A model generated the notes under the pieces. It was given only the letters and a program-made list of their open reading frames with translations, was not told the origin of the DNA and made no database searches. A program made the position numbers and the translations under genes. From Octopus vulgaris (taxonomy: Eukaryota), in the NCBI GenBank assembly GCA_951406725.2, contig OX597828.1, forward strand, positions 9,362,001 to 9,426,000: a stretch of DNA of 64,000 nt, written 5' to 3'. Positions 12,845 through 27,989 of this stretch are shown one piece after another. Numbering within the stretch: position 1 is the first letter of the stretch; each line of letters starts with the position of its first letter.

Positions 12845-13589
12845 CATGTGCATGTGCGTGTGTGTGTGTGTGTGTGTACAACAATTAAATGTACTTCAAT
12901 AACACCTAAATCTTTCCTCCGATTTCTTTAAAATTTTATATGCATCTGTTTCATATCCCAAACACGAACATAGCCTACTTAGGACTGAAAGAATCTATAT
13001 TGAGGCTTCTAGAGCGATGGGAAATCAACAATAGAGGATTCCTCTTCAATTGCATTAATCAGCTGTTTTATAACCTGTAGGGTCTTCCATACTTTTGTAA
13101 GGATTTTTATAAAGGTCAAATGATTTTATCTGTTTATTTATTTCCACCTTCCACCAGCGACAGTAAATAAATTGACTAGAAACTCTGAACGCATATATTT
13201 CCACAATTCGCAACCGATTTTCACCAAACTTTACACATACATTACTTATGTCCCAAGGATGTTCAACCTCTAAGTATTTTTCCCAGAGCATCTGCATAAA
13301 TGGGCCTAAATGTATATATATATATATATATATTTTTTTTTTTTAATGTAGTGTCTTCCATACTTTTTTAATAAAAGGGAAGTAATCTTGTTTATTTATT
13401 TCGACTGTCCAACAGCCACGTTGATGAAATTGACTAGGAACACTGTACGCAATGAATATCCAATACCAAAAAAGTCTTTATCTCTATATTAAGACTGCAT
13501 TAAACTTTGGCAAGCTTACCTTTACATATTCTGATTTACGTGAAAGATTCGATCGTAATTTTATCAACACCCTTTCCTATTTTAGGTGG

Positions 13590-13624
<35 letters not shown>

Positions 13625-14392
13625 CTCCATAATTCTCCATTTTCTTCCTTTCATCATTATTAACAATATATATTACTGTAACAATCCCTAACATATCGCT
13701 GAGACCTTCTGCTTATATGATAGTGAATAACCAGTGAAATTTTTGGATAATTTAATCCCTAATGAGGACCTGACATCCTAGAATTAATTATATGTATATC
13801 TATACATGCGCATATATGCATATGTATAAAAGTATACGGCTGTGCTCGCATGTGTTTTGTTTGTATATATATATATGCGCACGCGAATGTGAGTGTGCTT
13901 GAGTTAAAGTATATATACCTGATCACTATGAAATTCACTCAAAAATCTAGTTAATACCTAAAATTGAGTCACATCCTGATCGAACCCGTGTACTTATAGT
14001 TGCTATTCGTTTACCCATAAATTTTGTGCAGATGAATGAATGTCGGTGCATTTGTGAAGTTAGTACATGTGCGTTTTGCATTTTCATTATAATTCTGTTT
14101 CATACCAGAAATTTGTCTTTTGATATCGAGCTCTTTTCTGAGATTAACGTAGATTCAATGTTTAAATGTACGATAACTTCTAGACGGTAGGTTAATAAGT
14201 CTGTATGGCTAAAATAGGCCACATTTTTTCATGATTGTCTAAAACGCTCCTCAGATGCGTACTTTTTTAATTTTCAATATGGCCAAATTCAACTTGCTTT
14301 ACATATTGTCAAATAAGTCTGTTACATCCATGTAAGTTCTTTGCTGTTAAAGCTTAGAAACATGATTTCTCTTATCATGTGAATGACATCTC

Positions 14393-14847
14393 GGATCTTT
14401 TCGGTTTGAACGGCAGTTTTTAACATAATTTCTAGGTAACTAAAACATTTTAAACTTCGTATACTGGTAGAATGTGTTTATAAAACATCTTTTTCTCTTG
14501 GCTTTATTGAGAAAATTCTATAGTTTGTAAGTTATTTGTTGTTTTTTTCTTCAATTTCTGCAATTTCAACCAATCAATGACGACCATTGAAGTAAAAAAA
14601 CATTCTGTGCCGTATGAATACGTCCCTCGTTTAAGAAACAGATTGGGTTTATTTACACTCCTGAAGAAAGAAATATACCCTTCTCCCACCCCTAACCCTA
14701 ATCCTAACTAGCCCTAACTAACTCTAACTATCCCTAAACCTAAAACAGATTGAAATGCAATAGATAGATACTAGGGTCATAATTATGGGTGACAATTTCA
14801 TTTGACACCGCTAGAAAAAAACTGCCGTTCAAACCGAAATTATATCC
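14393..14847. mobile_element. Merlin-type MITE (GG termini, 8-bp TSD) with internal telomere-like repeats
   Basis: TIRs ggatc-ttttcggtttgaacggcagttttt / aaaaactgccgttcaaaccgaaa-ttatatcc; perfect 8-bp direct repeat GACATCTC at 14385-14392 and 14848-14855. Confidence 0.8.
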
Positions 14848-17800
14848 GACATCTCTACTTAAATCACTATATTCCTTCGTATATATGTTTCATGATAACT
14901 GAAATTATGATTAAATAAGATATTAATATTATATTCAACCATATATCTATAATATGTAAAAGATATTGGTTCAATTTATATCTAATAAACATATGCCGTA
15001 TATTTTTGTATTCACTCATGTTTCCTGATTTACGAGTATTAATTTTATTAATAGGTTTTATCCCCATAATTTTTCGCCCTTACTGACCATACTTCTACTA
15101 TTTATCGTCATCATCTTTGACACTCTACGAACATCAACACCAACACTTTCATTGTGGATGTTATTATCGCTGTTATCTTCACTATTGTCCAGCTACATCA
15201 CAGATGCTAATAAAATATGTTGAAAAAGAGCATTAAAAATAATATAAATAATATTACATTCACTGTGCCTTCGTCTTCACCAATTCTGCTATCCCACTTC
15301 TATTACGATATGTTTCTACACTATTCTGTTTAAACATTTTCCATCAATTTCTTGAAATACGTATTCCTCATTCTCTCCTTTCTTTCCCTAACCTCCCTCT
15401 ACCTTCCTCAAACCTATACCTCAGATGCCGCCATCCCTATCCCATGACAGCCAGTGTACAAACACTTCAACTTTCAACTATTTTCTTGTTTCAAGCGACG
15501 CAACGTTTAAGTTTTATGAATCTTTGCTCTGTTTACGACAACATTTATCACTATATTCCTATTAGAAATGTGTTAAAAATGTCTTAAATCAAAGGCTAAA
15601 AAGCTGATTTGGACCATATCAGAATATATTACGGACATTAATTTAGCTTTCATGAATGGAATGAGGTGATTTAAATTAATACGATCAAAACAGAAAACAA
15701 ATGCTTTCTCGGATTTAAATTTCCTATTACTTTCTACTCACCTACGCCATTGCCTTTATAGTGTGTGTATTTTAATAAAACAGTACTTCGTTAACATAAG
15801 TGGCGATTAAAAGCTCGTTGAGATGTGTAAGCATTTCTTAGTGAGAATTTCTTCATTAAATTTGATAGATTACACAAGGAAATTAGATAATTAATAAATA
15901 TTTATCACTGTTTCACATTGTCATTAATGTTCGTAATTGTTTCAATTACAAAATTTCAACTGTTTATTGCAATAAGTCGGAGAATATATTAGAGAGCCGA
16001 TACAGTTAATGAACGCTACAGCTGGCCGAGTAAGACTATCAATTTAAATTATGATGTTTCTATAAGAGAGATATTTTCTACAAAGTAGATGCCTGGGATG
16101 AATTCATTCAAGGGCCACACGCTTACATCCTTATTAGTGAGTATTGGGGATTGCGTATGCTTAGATTATAATACTCATTTCGACTCCTTCCGATTGTTCA
16201 ATGGCTAAACCATAAGAAAACTGTATCTTACCGACCCAGTTCCCACTGATGTGGCGTGTCTTCGCCTTCATTTCGCTTTCGAGAAATTGTAATTCCCTGC
16301 CACTTAATTCGTACGCAACATTTTTAATATAAGGAAAGATAAATTCAACGATTTGATATTTGACACATTTCATGAACGTTTTGTTCGTTCTGGTGTTATC
16401 TGGGCAGGAAATACTAGAGAAATTTTCAATAGCCCATCTTAAGCAAAAGAAACAATCAAAATACATTTTGATATTTCATATAAAAAACTATTTAGGTGCC
16501 AATCAAACGTTAACTTGACTTTTATGAATACCATGGTCAGAGTATATGTTAGATACTAGGTGTGTCAATAACTTCTAATTTCACTTCTAAATTGAAATAA
16601 AATGTGCCATCTGGTCTATTTTAAAATATTATTGACCACAACTGAATCATTATTTAGGGTGATGCGAACCAGCTCACTAAGAATTTCGATGATTTGAATA
16701 TCATAAACATTTTTTTTAAATACAAAAATCAATATAAATAACATTGTTATTTGGAAAAAAAAATGTATAATGTGAAGATTTCTTTGTTTTATTTCTTTTA
16801 ATTACTCCACTAATTATCCGCTATGTCAGAGTTATTAATCTTTTTTCTCGGCAAATATAATTAATTTTTGATCAGTTAAATACTGTCGTATAAATCAGTT
16901 GCTATGTAATTATCATTGCTTTTTAATTGTCTTTTCAACGAGGTGAGTATCTTTGGACGGAACGACTTCTTAATAAAAACACAAATGCCAGCAATTTGGC
17001 ATGAAGACAGGGAAAAGGCGATGGAAATCAGGACATTACAATTTCAATTCTTGCTTACACAAACATACATTACTATGTAATATATTACTTGTGTAACACA
17101 TAAAACATTAAAAAAAAACTGGACGTAAATAAGTTACTATGGGCGGATACAAGGTAAAGTATCTAACCTGCACGCAGCCTGGATTAATAGCCCTCTCATC
17201 ACTGATACATCGGAAGCAAGCTGATAATTTCGGTTATTGCAAAATTTATACCTTTCACCCAGTTATTCCACGCGACAAAAACAATTAAAACCATTCATTG
17301 ATGAACGGAAAACACATGACACTGATTTGAAAACTAACATTTCGTTTTACATTTTACCACAGAGAAAACTATTCTACTTGCCACCTTCCAAATACGCATT
17401 TCAGAAGCCAGTCATGTACTGAAATGTTTTGGCTGAATGTTTCTTATGAAAATGGCTTTCATATGCAATCACGTTCTAAACTTTCACACTTCTTAATTTT
17501 ACAAGTTCTTCTCTGCTCTAAATTTGCTTGGTTGAATCACGGAAATTTAGTTGATTAATGATTTCAGTCGGCACATGGGACCTACCGCATCTTGCACTGA
17601 TCAACTTCTATTTTATTTGTAATCATCCATTTAAGTTTCCAAAAGTGTTTATGTATTTAAAAGAGATATACAAAATATTAGAAACAAAATAATTATAAAT
17701 ATTTGCCATTTGTCTTACATAATATTTTCCTGCAGCATGGAACTGTGAAGTAATTAAACCGTACATTGAAAATGATAGATTTCCTCACACCACTATCTCT

Positions 17801-20800
17801 TAATTAAACTAAAGTATTTCCAAGCACGAAAATCTCCTTAGAATATGAGTAATTCCCCAAGATATCTAATTAAATTAAAGCTCATAGAACCAGAATGGCT
17901 ATAAGTGTCACTTTTCTGTTTGCCACTTACTAGATTAACACATGATCAAATCATGGGGAGCTGAGAGCTAATTTCTTGGAAAATTCCCTTTAGGTAATCA
18001 GCTGATCCTGTTAAATTGCAGTACAGCTTCTAGTGGAGACGAGGTTTACTATTGATACACATTATACTCAATAATTTATTGTTGAACTTCAATCTAAACG
18101 GAAATGTTAAAAATATATATAAATTGCATAGTTTCAATAACAGATATGATAATATCATGTCAAAAGAAAGTAGTTTATGTGATATGATAATGTGTGTAAT
18201 ATATAATGTTTCCTTTAAGCTTATGTAAAGTAAATATGCGTAGACGCAGACGAATGACTGAGATGTTCGTTTCGCAATAATGATGCTCTGCATTTAATTT
18301 TACTTCATTGTACCTTTGACACGTCTCTACTATAATAATTTCAGGTCGACTTAAATATTGTAAAAGAAACTAGATACACTCAGATCCTGTGCAAACATAT
18401 AAGCGTCACTCTATGTATAATCAAATGGATCTACTATGTCACACAGCCCTGTCCTCTTTCAGATGATTAGGATAAGACTACAGGTATCTGTGGAATAATA
18501 TTCAACTGCTCGTAGGCTAATTCAGGATTTGTTAATTTATATCTATTTATACTTCTATATAAATTGGAAGATAGGATACAATGATAAACTATCTTGAAAC
18601 ATTTCACATAAATATGATTAAATTCTTTTCATGTTGAAAAGTATAAATGGCTAACGTATGAAGAAATAATATATTATTAGTATAATAATACGATTATGTG
18701 AGAGGATCTCAACTGGGCTCCATATGAGATTTTGCGTATGTGCAATAAATTGGTCATAATTCTACAACACAAAAATACTTTAACAATTTTGAAATACAAT
18801 TCTTAATAATTACAAAACACATAATAAGATTTTTAAATGTATCGCTACGGGGTTCCAACCGAGAATAAGAGGAATCAAAATGTTTATAAGTTAAAACAAA
18901 AAAAGCTGGTTGAGAACTAATGGATAAGATGAAGGTTAAATGGTTAAGAGGCTGTTATTACTTATGCACAGAGTTGGTGCTCCCTCCTTCTCTACTCTTT
19001 CTCTCTCTCCCTCTTTATATATATGTGTGTGGGTGTACAAACATTAGCGACAGAAAATCAGTATTAATACCATAATGTTATATTTATCCCCGCTTAAAAT
19101 TGGATGCTGTGTTAGAATCCACAATACTGCGATGGTTAACGTGAGAGTAACTCACGTTGGTTGTCTGTGCATATTAGAACTGTTTACGTCGCTAGCATGG
19201 AGATAAATCATCTACAATGGCAACCGACGAGTCTACCAAAACACTTGATTTATGCCTTCCTTAACGTTGTCAATAGCAAGCGCTCAGACGAAGAAAATAA
19301 CAGCGATATATCTGCAAGTGATATATTTGGAGCTACAGTACCTAGAGAAGTACTAGTGTCGCGAATAGCCAGTGGTTTTATGTCAAAATAATTACGTCAA
19401 GGTAATTGCTAGCGACAGAAGCACCATTAATATCAAAGGATGATATATATCATCACTTAATGTTGGGAGACAGAATACTGTCTCTCATGTTGGCTTTACG
19501 TGTAACTACGCATTCTTGTTTACATATCTATACACAGTGAGATTCTCTGTCATAGATCCCGAAAGATATTTTTGGGGACTCTGAAGACATTTGTTCAGAG
19601 CTAGAGATTTAAGGGTTATGACTCATATGCTTTCGTATTACAGAGACCACGTCACTTTCATTAATCCAGACACGGGAGTTTGAAGTGTTCTACACAGTAC
19701 TGAAAAAATACAGGGCAGCAGTAGGAGCAGACATTAACGAAGAGAACACGGTACACGGAAATGCAAATTCTTCGCCACTCAGTGGCTTGTGCCGATTAAC
19801 ATGTTTAGATGTTTGGTGTGTAAATCAGACTTCCGGGTAGATCGATAGTGGAACGAGCGGGTAAGTAAAGCGATGATTTTTCAATACTTAGTTTGTGTTT
19901 TAATTTGTGAATACTGGATATTTGACAGATGAAGTTGGCTTCGGTGGAATTTGAACTCAGAATGTAAAGGACCGGGGCAGATACTACAAGTATATCATGT
20001 CTGGTATGTTAAAGATTTTGCCAGCAAGCAGCAGACTCATGAAAATTACATTAAGAGGAATGAAATAAATGTATGCGAGGAAGTTCAAAACAGGATAGAC
20101 CAGAGAAGTACGACTACAAGATAGAGTGAATCGCCAAAAAAAAACAAAAAACATTTCTGAATTGTCTTGTAAAGCAAAGCTATCTATAATAATGGCAAGA
20201 CAGTGATTTTTAAAAGCGGCAAGAATTCAATAAATGTTTAACTAATAAAAACGTATCGTGCAATTTGTTCGCAGAATTTGCAATTTGGTTTAAGACAGTT
20301 TTCATTCGTTGCTTTCGTATTTTAGCATCTTGATTATAATGTAATAACAGAGTGCATTCATTTACGCACTGGTCATGTAAGTCGGCTCATATATAGTATA
20401 AGCTAGTAGTAATAAAAAATAAAATAAGTATAAATGGATAAGTCTTCGTAACTGCATGGGAAAGAAATGATTTGAAGAGGATATAAAACAAGGGTATAAA
20501 ACACCTATTGTAACATCAGTCTTTAACTATCTGACCTTTTATGATAGCCTGTCAAGCCAAAGTTTTATGTCTTACCGTGTACTGTTATTCTAAATTACCA
20601 GTGAGTTGGAATATTACTACGTTTTAGTAGCTTACATCAGGTAAATCTTGAATGACGTATAGAATTAAGAGAACTATTTATTTCTCCTGTCGTTATTATT
20701 TCCGATATAAAGTAAATAGGTAATTGGAAGGTGTTAGACATCATTTGTTCTGTTATCTATCGCCTATGCTATTTCAGTCTCATTCAAAGCAAATAAATCT

Positions 20801-22374
20801 ATTATTAAATGAGGTAACTCAGTGTGTTTAGTAAATTATTTACTAGTTACAAACCAGATGGTTTTGTAAACGTTGAAAACTGTATAACAACAGACGGAAA
20901 ACAGATTTACAAAAATACCAGAATTATGAAAATAAATATAGAATAAGCATTATCATAGCCATTTTAGTGTAGATTTTTTAAATAGCAGGTATATACTGGG
21001 ATCAATTCACTCTGTTAAACATGCCGCTTTCTTGTAGGTGGCTGCCAATGAACTGTGAAACAGTGGATTAGAAGACGTTCTTGAGATACCAAAACTACTT
21101 TGCGTCATGATTTTCAATGTAACAGTAGTTAAGTTTGCTTTCCTTGTCCCTCTGGCCTGTATGATTAGCCACCAGTGATGTAATAGATTCGATATAAATG
21201 CGTATATTGAGATTCAAGTATTTGTGACTGTTTTCTGTGTTAGAAATCGTTATAATCTGTGTGTTGGTAAAATAGATAAATCGGCCTCGTGTTGGAATTG
21301 TGTACTTTTCAATATCTAAATATACTTTTTTTTAATTTAAAATTCTAGAGATTTTAAAATCAAAATCGGACAATATCTTGCCTTAGCAATATACTTCTAG
21401 ATTCTGCTGACAAATCTTAGCCTCTTGAGCCATGTAAACTAATAAGATTTCGGCCAATTGGCGAGAACAAGAACCTTGAAGTATATTGCGCTATAGATAT
21501 TCCATGTTTTGACTTCACCAATATACTATTAATTTATTATAATACTGAAAAGAGCTTAAGATAAAATGACTATGCAAACGAGCGAAAAGTGAGAAGAAAT
21601 TTTTGCAAGAAGCAAGAAAGAAGAATTCTGTGAAAGTAAATAATATAATCGAGAACAAAACATAAATACAGAAGGAGAAATTAGAAGAAAACTAAAGTGT
21701 AAAGACAGATGCAACACGGAAAGGGATTGAGAAGATGATGCTAAAGAGAGCTATGCTTGGGAATATGGAAAATATACCATACATATTTGTCTCTCTCAGC
21801 AAGAAAGAAAGAGAGAATTGTGTGTGTATGTGCATGTGGATGTGTGTGTGTGAGTGAGTGTGTGTGTGTGAGTGAGTGTCTGTGTGTAAAAGAGAGAGAG
21901 AGCGATAGAGGTGCAAGTGTAAGTGGTTAAAAGATAAAAAAAACATGAAAACTTGTAAGTAGAATGAATGTTTGTAAATTCGAAAATGAGTGCGAAACAT
22001 GGAAAGGCGGTAACAAAGTGAATAATGATGATATAGAAACTTAAAACAAAAGTTTGTATTGGGAATTGAAAGGAAAGATGAATATGAACAAACATAAAGT
22101 AAGAATATTGAAGAGGAAATGGAGTAAATGAGGGCAGCAATCCAGTATTTCTTCAATAAATATGATATAGTGATACGCTTTAATCAACACAAGTTACCAC
22201 AACTGAGACGGCATCAATATGTTTGTATAAGAATACAAGTCATATACGACGTTATAATCAAATGTTAACTATAATGATTGCTTTCTTCTGGATTACAAAA
22301 AGGGAGGGTTTTTAATATTCAATCAGTTAACATTTTCTGTCATTTAAAATACTTTACATATTTCTTCATAGACA

Positions 22375-22550
22375 CATGACCTGAATTCCTAGAGTGTAGT
22401 CGATTACATCTAGACCAACACTTAACCAGTGTATATATTCTATCTACCCTGAAATAATGAAGGGTAAAATAGACTTCAGCAGAATTTGAACTCGGAACGT
22501 TAAGTCATAAAACTGCCACAACGCATTTTCTCCGGCGTGCAAACGATTAT
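22375..22550 (-). mobile_element. Degenerate SINE family A copy
   Basis: agaatttgaactcggaacgt and gcattttctccggcgtgcaaacgatt match family A; similar degenerate pieces at ~19915-20030 and ~38440-38570. Confidence 0.55.
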
Positions 22551-23297
22551 ATTTGATCGCAACCTGATTTACAGAAGCAAGAAACATAAAAATTAAATCC
22601 GCTTGCATATCACCGATATGCACACACATGCACACGAGCATGCAATTCCGAATACACACGCACATGCACACACACACATACGCACACAAACAAGCACACA
22701 CGCGCCAACGCACACTACTTTTGAGAGGTAGGTGCAATACATATAGAGTTTGATTAATTACCGAATCAATTAATTGTTATTATTTTTATTTTTATTTTGT
22801 TTGCTTAAGAGGAAAAGTTTTACTTACAAACCTTACAGAGATTTCGAATAACAGGAACGGAGTAGGTAAGAAAGGATCCGGAATTCGAAGCCCTGAAACT
22901 GGAAACCGAGCATGAAATTTTTTTTAAGAGTTGGCATTTTTTTTCTTTTTTTTAATACGCCCAACGAGTAACTATTGGTCTGAAAACGGTCGCATGATTA
23001 ATCAGTCTCATGATATGATGAGAACATCATGAGTTTTGTTAGGAAAGTGAGAAAGGAGAAACTACTGCTAAATTTACTGCCACCTACAATATGGAAAATA
23101 CTTTCCCACCACTTCTGGCTACTACTAACAGCAAAAGTAAAACAAAATTAAGTTGAGTTAAGATTCTCTTAAAGGAATCCAAGAACTTGATGAGAGGTCA
23201 ATTATATCAAACAGGTAAGATTAAAGTGCAAAATAAGCAGATTCATATTTGAGGATGCTTCAAAAACCAAATTGGTATTTTGAAAAAATCAACAAAA

Positions 23298-23454
23298 TAG
23301 GAGTGGATGTGTAGTAAGTATCTTGCTTACCAGCCGCATGGTCCTGGGTTCAGTCCACTACGTGACACCTTGGGCATGTGTCTTCTACTATAGCCTCGGA
23401 CCGACCAAAGCATTGGGAGTGGATTCGGTAGAGGGACACTGAAAGAAGCCCGCC

Positions 23455-23499
<45 letters not shown>

Positions 23500-23785
23500 T
23501 GTGTGTGTGTACATATATATATATATATATGTGTGTATATATACATACATATATATATGTATGTATGTACATACATATATGTATATGTGGGGATGTCTGT
23601 TTTTGTCCCTCCACAATCGCTTGACAACCCATATTGATTTGTTCACTCCCCGTAACTTAGCGGTTCGGCAAAAGATACTGATAGAATATATACTAGGCTT
23701 AGAAAGAATAAGTCATAGTGTCGATTCGTTCGATTAAAGGCGATGCTCCAGTATGGATGCAATCAAATGACTGAGGCAAATGAAA
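23298..23785 (+). mobile_element. tRNA-derived SINE, family B (CORE-like ccttgggca motif) with internal (TA)n/(TG)n
   Basis: Aligns with 40101-40490 and 55356-55824: taggagtgg..gtaagta.cttgcttacc..gggttcagtcc..ctactatagcctcgg..aaagaagccc[microsatellite]cgtaacttagcggttcggcaaa..taaaggcg. Confidence 0.85.
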
Positions 23786-24995
23786 TCATAACTAGTACTA
23801 AGATGCATCTAATTCTTATTTGAGCATCAATAGGCATGGAAAGGGCAATATGGATAATATGTTGGCGGATACAACGTATTAGGTCTAATTGCACAACTCA
23901 CTTAAGGTTGTTAATGATGTTTCAGTTAAAGCTACAACTTTAAATCTGCCAAGTGCTGTCTCTCTTCTGGATTTCTCATTGTTAACGGCTTAAGAGCTAG
24001 AAGCTCCGCGTCTGAGAATTCAGCATGCAATACTCGGTAGATATGTTGTTTTTACACATTTTACTGTTGGAGAGAACTTTTCTCCTTTGTAAATGCAGTG
24101 AATTTGTCTTCAGAAACTGAAATATATTACAATGTTTTATGTGCTACTATTAGGTCCATGTAATGGGAGAATGTCAACGAGACAGTATTTTTTAACACGT
24201 TTGGTATCTCAGTACAATCTCTAGGCACTGCCGATGTGGTATAACAAACTAACAATGAGACGATAGTATGAGAGAAAAAAAATCGAGGAAAAGCGAGAAA
24301 GAAGTAAATATAAGATATGGAAGGTTGAGTAACGGGAAAGCGAAAAAGAAAGCTGAAAGAAGCAAAAGGGTGTGGTAATTAGAGTTATTTCCCCTTTTAC
24401 AGTAAAATATAACGTTGAAAAATAGTAGCTTGGAGTCTATGGTACAACTGTTCAATCCATAGAAGGGTGGCACTTTCCAGTTCCTCAACAAGAATTTGCC
24501 GCATGCTAACAACACAGTTCTTGGATTTGAAAAGGATTTGAGTTATTTCAGCTACACTTAGCTTACATTTTTTAAAATCCGATAACAAATACTTTCTCAG
24601 ATGTGTTTAACGGGGTGGCTTTGTGAAAATATCTAGATTGATTATAGATGATAGAAATTAGATATGCAATTAAAATACATAGATAGAAGCAAAGGGAACT
24701 ATCGATGGGTTGTGCTTAGGTCACATTCATGTAAAAAAAGTGACATTCGATAAAGCATTGGAGATGAAATGTGGATGGATTGTAGAGAGTGAAAACGGAT
24801 GGTCGTTGAAAATATGGAATTCGCGGGATAAAGAAAAAAAGTGCGTCCCTATTTCGCAGATGCGGCTCAGGATTGCAAGTGTGGTAAGCAAACTATTATC
24901 TCCTCCTTGTTGGAGAATGCTACCGGAAATCCTAGGTGTCTGAAGGCATTACAAAATAAACAGTTGTAGTTTGTCGTTTTATACAATTACATGCG

Positions 24996-25086
<91 letters not shown>

Positions 25087-25123
25087 TTATCTCTCTCTCA
25101 TTCTCTCTCTCTCTTACTCTCTA

Positions 25124-25181
<58 letters not shown>

Positions 25182-25946
25182 CACTCACACAGTGACATAC
25201 ACATATCTAAATATTCATCTGCTTCTAGTTACATCGTTCCCAAAAGAATTATACATGTGTGTGCACGCGGTGCATTTTTCTTGTGTTTGTCTGTTGTGTG
25301 TGGGCGCACGCGCTCACGCGTTCTTCTATGTATGTTGTGTGTGCTTTCTGTACGTATCTATACGTATGCATATAAATATATTTAATGTTTAGAAATACTT
25401 CCTTATATAAACAAATCGCCAAATGATCTAATAATCCTACACCGAAACAAAAAGAAAAATAACAAATATAGAAAGAGAGGCATTGGCAGGTTGAAAAGCT
25501 TGGCGTAAACGCAAGGGAAAAAAAGTCAATAAGCTGATTTTTTTTTCTCCCCGTTATCAAAATAGCGAGCTTGTTTTGAAATCGTTTCAAGACTTGCCGA
25601 GGTCACACACATTTATAATAGCTATCAATTATGCTTTGAGAGACAAATATTGGCAGGTTTAGTCGTCAATTGGAAATGGGTTTCCCTTTATTCAGGACGC
25701 CTTGAAAGATCGCTCATCATTAGGGGTCAGTAAGTTTGGCAAAGACTAGTCAATATTTTGTGAAGACGATGGCAATTTTTTTCTTATTCTCTTTTTAGTC
25801 CACACATTATTTTCTTTCTTTTTTCCTTTCCTTTTTCGGCTACATTATTATAGTTATTGTTTTGTTGTTTGTAGTTGATAGCAATTAATATTTTTATTAT
25901 TAATATCGCTGTTGTTTTCGGATATGGACTATCATTATACACTTCA

Positions 25947-25965
25947 TTTATTATTGTTATTATTA

Positions 25966-26042
<77 letters not shown>

Positions 26043-26070
26043 GTTGTTATTATTATTATTATTATTACTA

Positions 26071-26102
<32 letters not shown>

Positions 26103-26130
26103 GTTATTATTGTTATTATTATTATTACTA

Positions 26131-26200
<70 letters not shown>
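25947..26200. repeat. (ATT)n microsatellite
   Basis: Direct inspection; source of the poly-I/L/N ORFs in the track. Confidence 0.95.
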
Positions 26201-26783
26201 CGCTGTTTTCCATAACATTACAATTTTCTCCCTCTCAACTGTTTGTGGGAGTGTTTGTTGTACGTTACGTAAATGATGCAACCAACAATACAAACAGCTC
26301 GCCTCTCTATAATTATGTTTAATTGATACTTGCAGACGAATGATTAACACGCATTTGAACACACAACACAAAACAGCAAATTTTATAATTGCGATGCTTC
26401 TATTTTAAAAATTTATTTGAAATTATCCCGCTGTATGATTCCAATATGTTTATTTTAAGTATTTGTTTATTTTTGGGTTTTTTGGGTTGTTTTTTTTTCA
26501 GAAAAAAATGTTATGTTGTCAAATGTGTGATCCACAAGATAAATATCTCTGATGAACAAACATGATCAAATATTGTACATAGTGAAATTTACATATATAC
26601 ACATATGCACATCAATACAAACACTCTACCCACCACACAAACACACACACGTGCAGACACATGCACAGACATTCACATACAGACAGACACTCGCACATAC
26701 ACGCACGTACACATACACACACATTTATACGTTTATGTGTGGATACACGTGTATACTTATAAATATATGTGTTCGTACGTATA

Positions 26784-26821
<38 letters not shown>

Positions 26822-27625
26822 CCTGTGTGTGTGTGTGTATGCATAAAGAATGAGGGAAAGGCGGGAGAGAGGGAAGGAAAGGGCAAGAAAGAAAGAAATG
26901 CTGATAGTAGGAGAGACAAATATAGAGGGAAATGAAACATAAATTTATCGATAAGAATACGTGAGTGAGGCTGTGTTTGTGTGTGTGTATGTGTGTGTGT
27001 GTAGTGTGTGATCTATTGCTTCTGGTCTCATACTATCATACTTCATAGAGGACTGTAAAGACTTTAGTAAACTCGTTTATTTGGTAGAAAGTATTGTTTA
27101 AACAGTAAACCGAAACACATTATATGGCAAGGAGTAACGCAAATAACTCATTCTTATTTGTAATTTATTATAAAGCCTAAGCGAAGGTTTGGCGTTTAGC
27201 CTGTGCCCAAAATAAATATATGCTAAAACGTGATATTATTCTATCTACGTGAAAACTCAATGAAGACTCGCGCATATTTTGGCTCCAAACCATTCCTGCA
27301 TGTTAATAAACTCTCTGATATCACTGGTTATATACTTTTGACTAAGAACATTTGTAAATCTCCTCATTTTCTATAAATAGTGAAATAGTTCTTTGTATAA
27401 CATTTCACATCGTTGTATCGATGCGTTATGAATACCAGCTGACAATAGTCTTTCTTACACTTTTATATCAAGAGCATAAAATTTATATATATATCTCCCG
27501 AAAATATATTACGTTTTACAGTATTACTTGTAAGTATATTATTCAATAATATTCAGGCTAAAAACATACTGCACACACACAAAACCAAAACACACCAACA
27601 CGCGCACAACCACCCACCCACATCC

Positions 27626-27656
<31 letters not shown>

Positions 27657-27989
27657 GGGAGACAGAAATAAGGAAAGAAATATAGTGAGACAGAGCGATG
27701 GGGACAGAGGCAGGCAGACGAAAACAGAAGATACAGAGATAGCAAGAACTGACTTTGCATGTTGCTACAAAATGATAAAAGTAATGAAATATCGCAATTG
27801 ACTTATGTTTTTATAGCAAAAGAAAACAATTAAAAACTTTATGGGCGCTAGGAAGAATTTGAAAGTTATTTAATCAAATGGGATATAGAGGAAAATGCTA
27901 TCAGCTATCTTCGTTAAATAAGGACTAACGCTAATCAGAATATGTATCATATGTGTCGTATTCGTTGACATAAGCCAAAGGAATAAATG

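Noticed and set aside
14690-14745. Relic telomere or chromosome-fusion site
   Set aside because: The tract lies inside a TIR element with a perfect TSD.
19850-21060. Splice donor (gg|gtaagt, 19861) and acceptor (ttgtag|g, ~21038) as a host intron
   Set aside because: No coding frame or other support; such motifs occur by chance.
25784-26371. 195-aa poly-Ile ORF and overlapping poly-Leu/Asn ORFs
   Set aside because: (ATT)n microsatellite.
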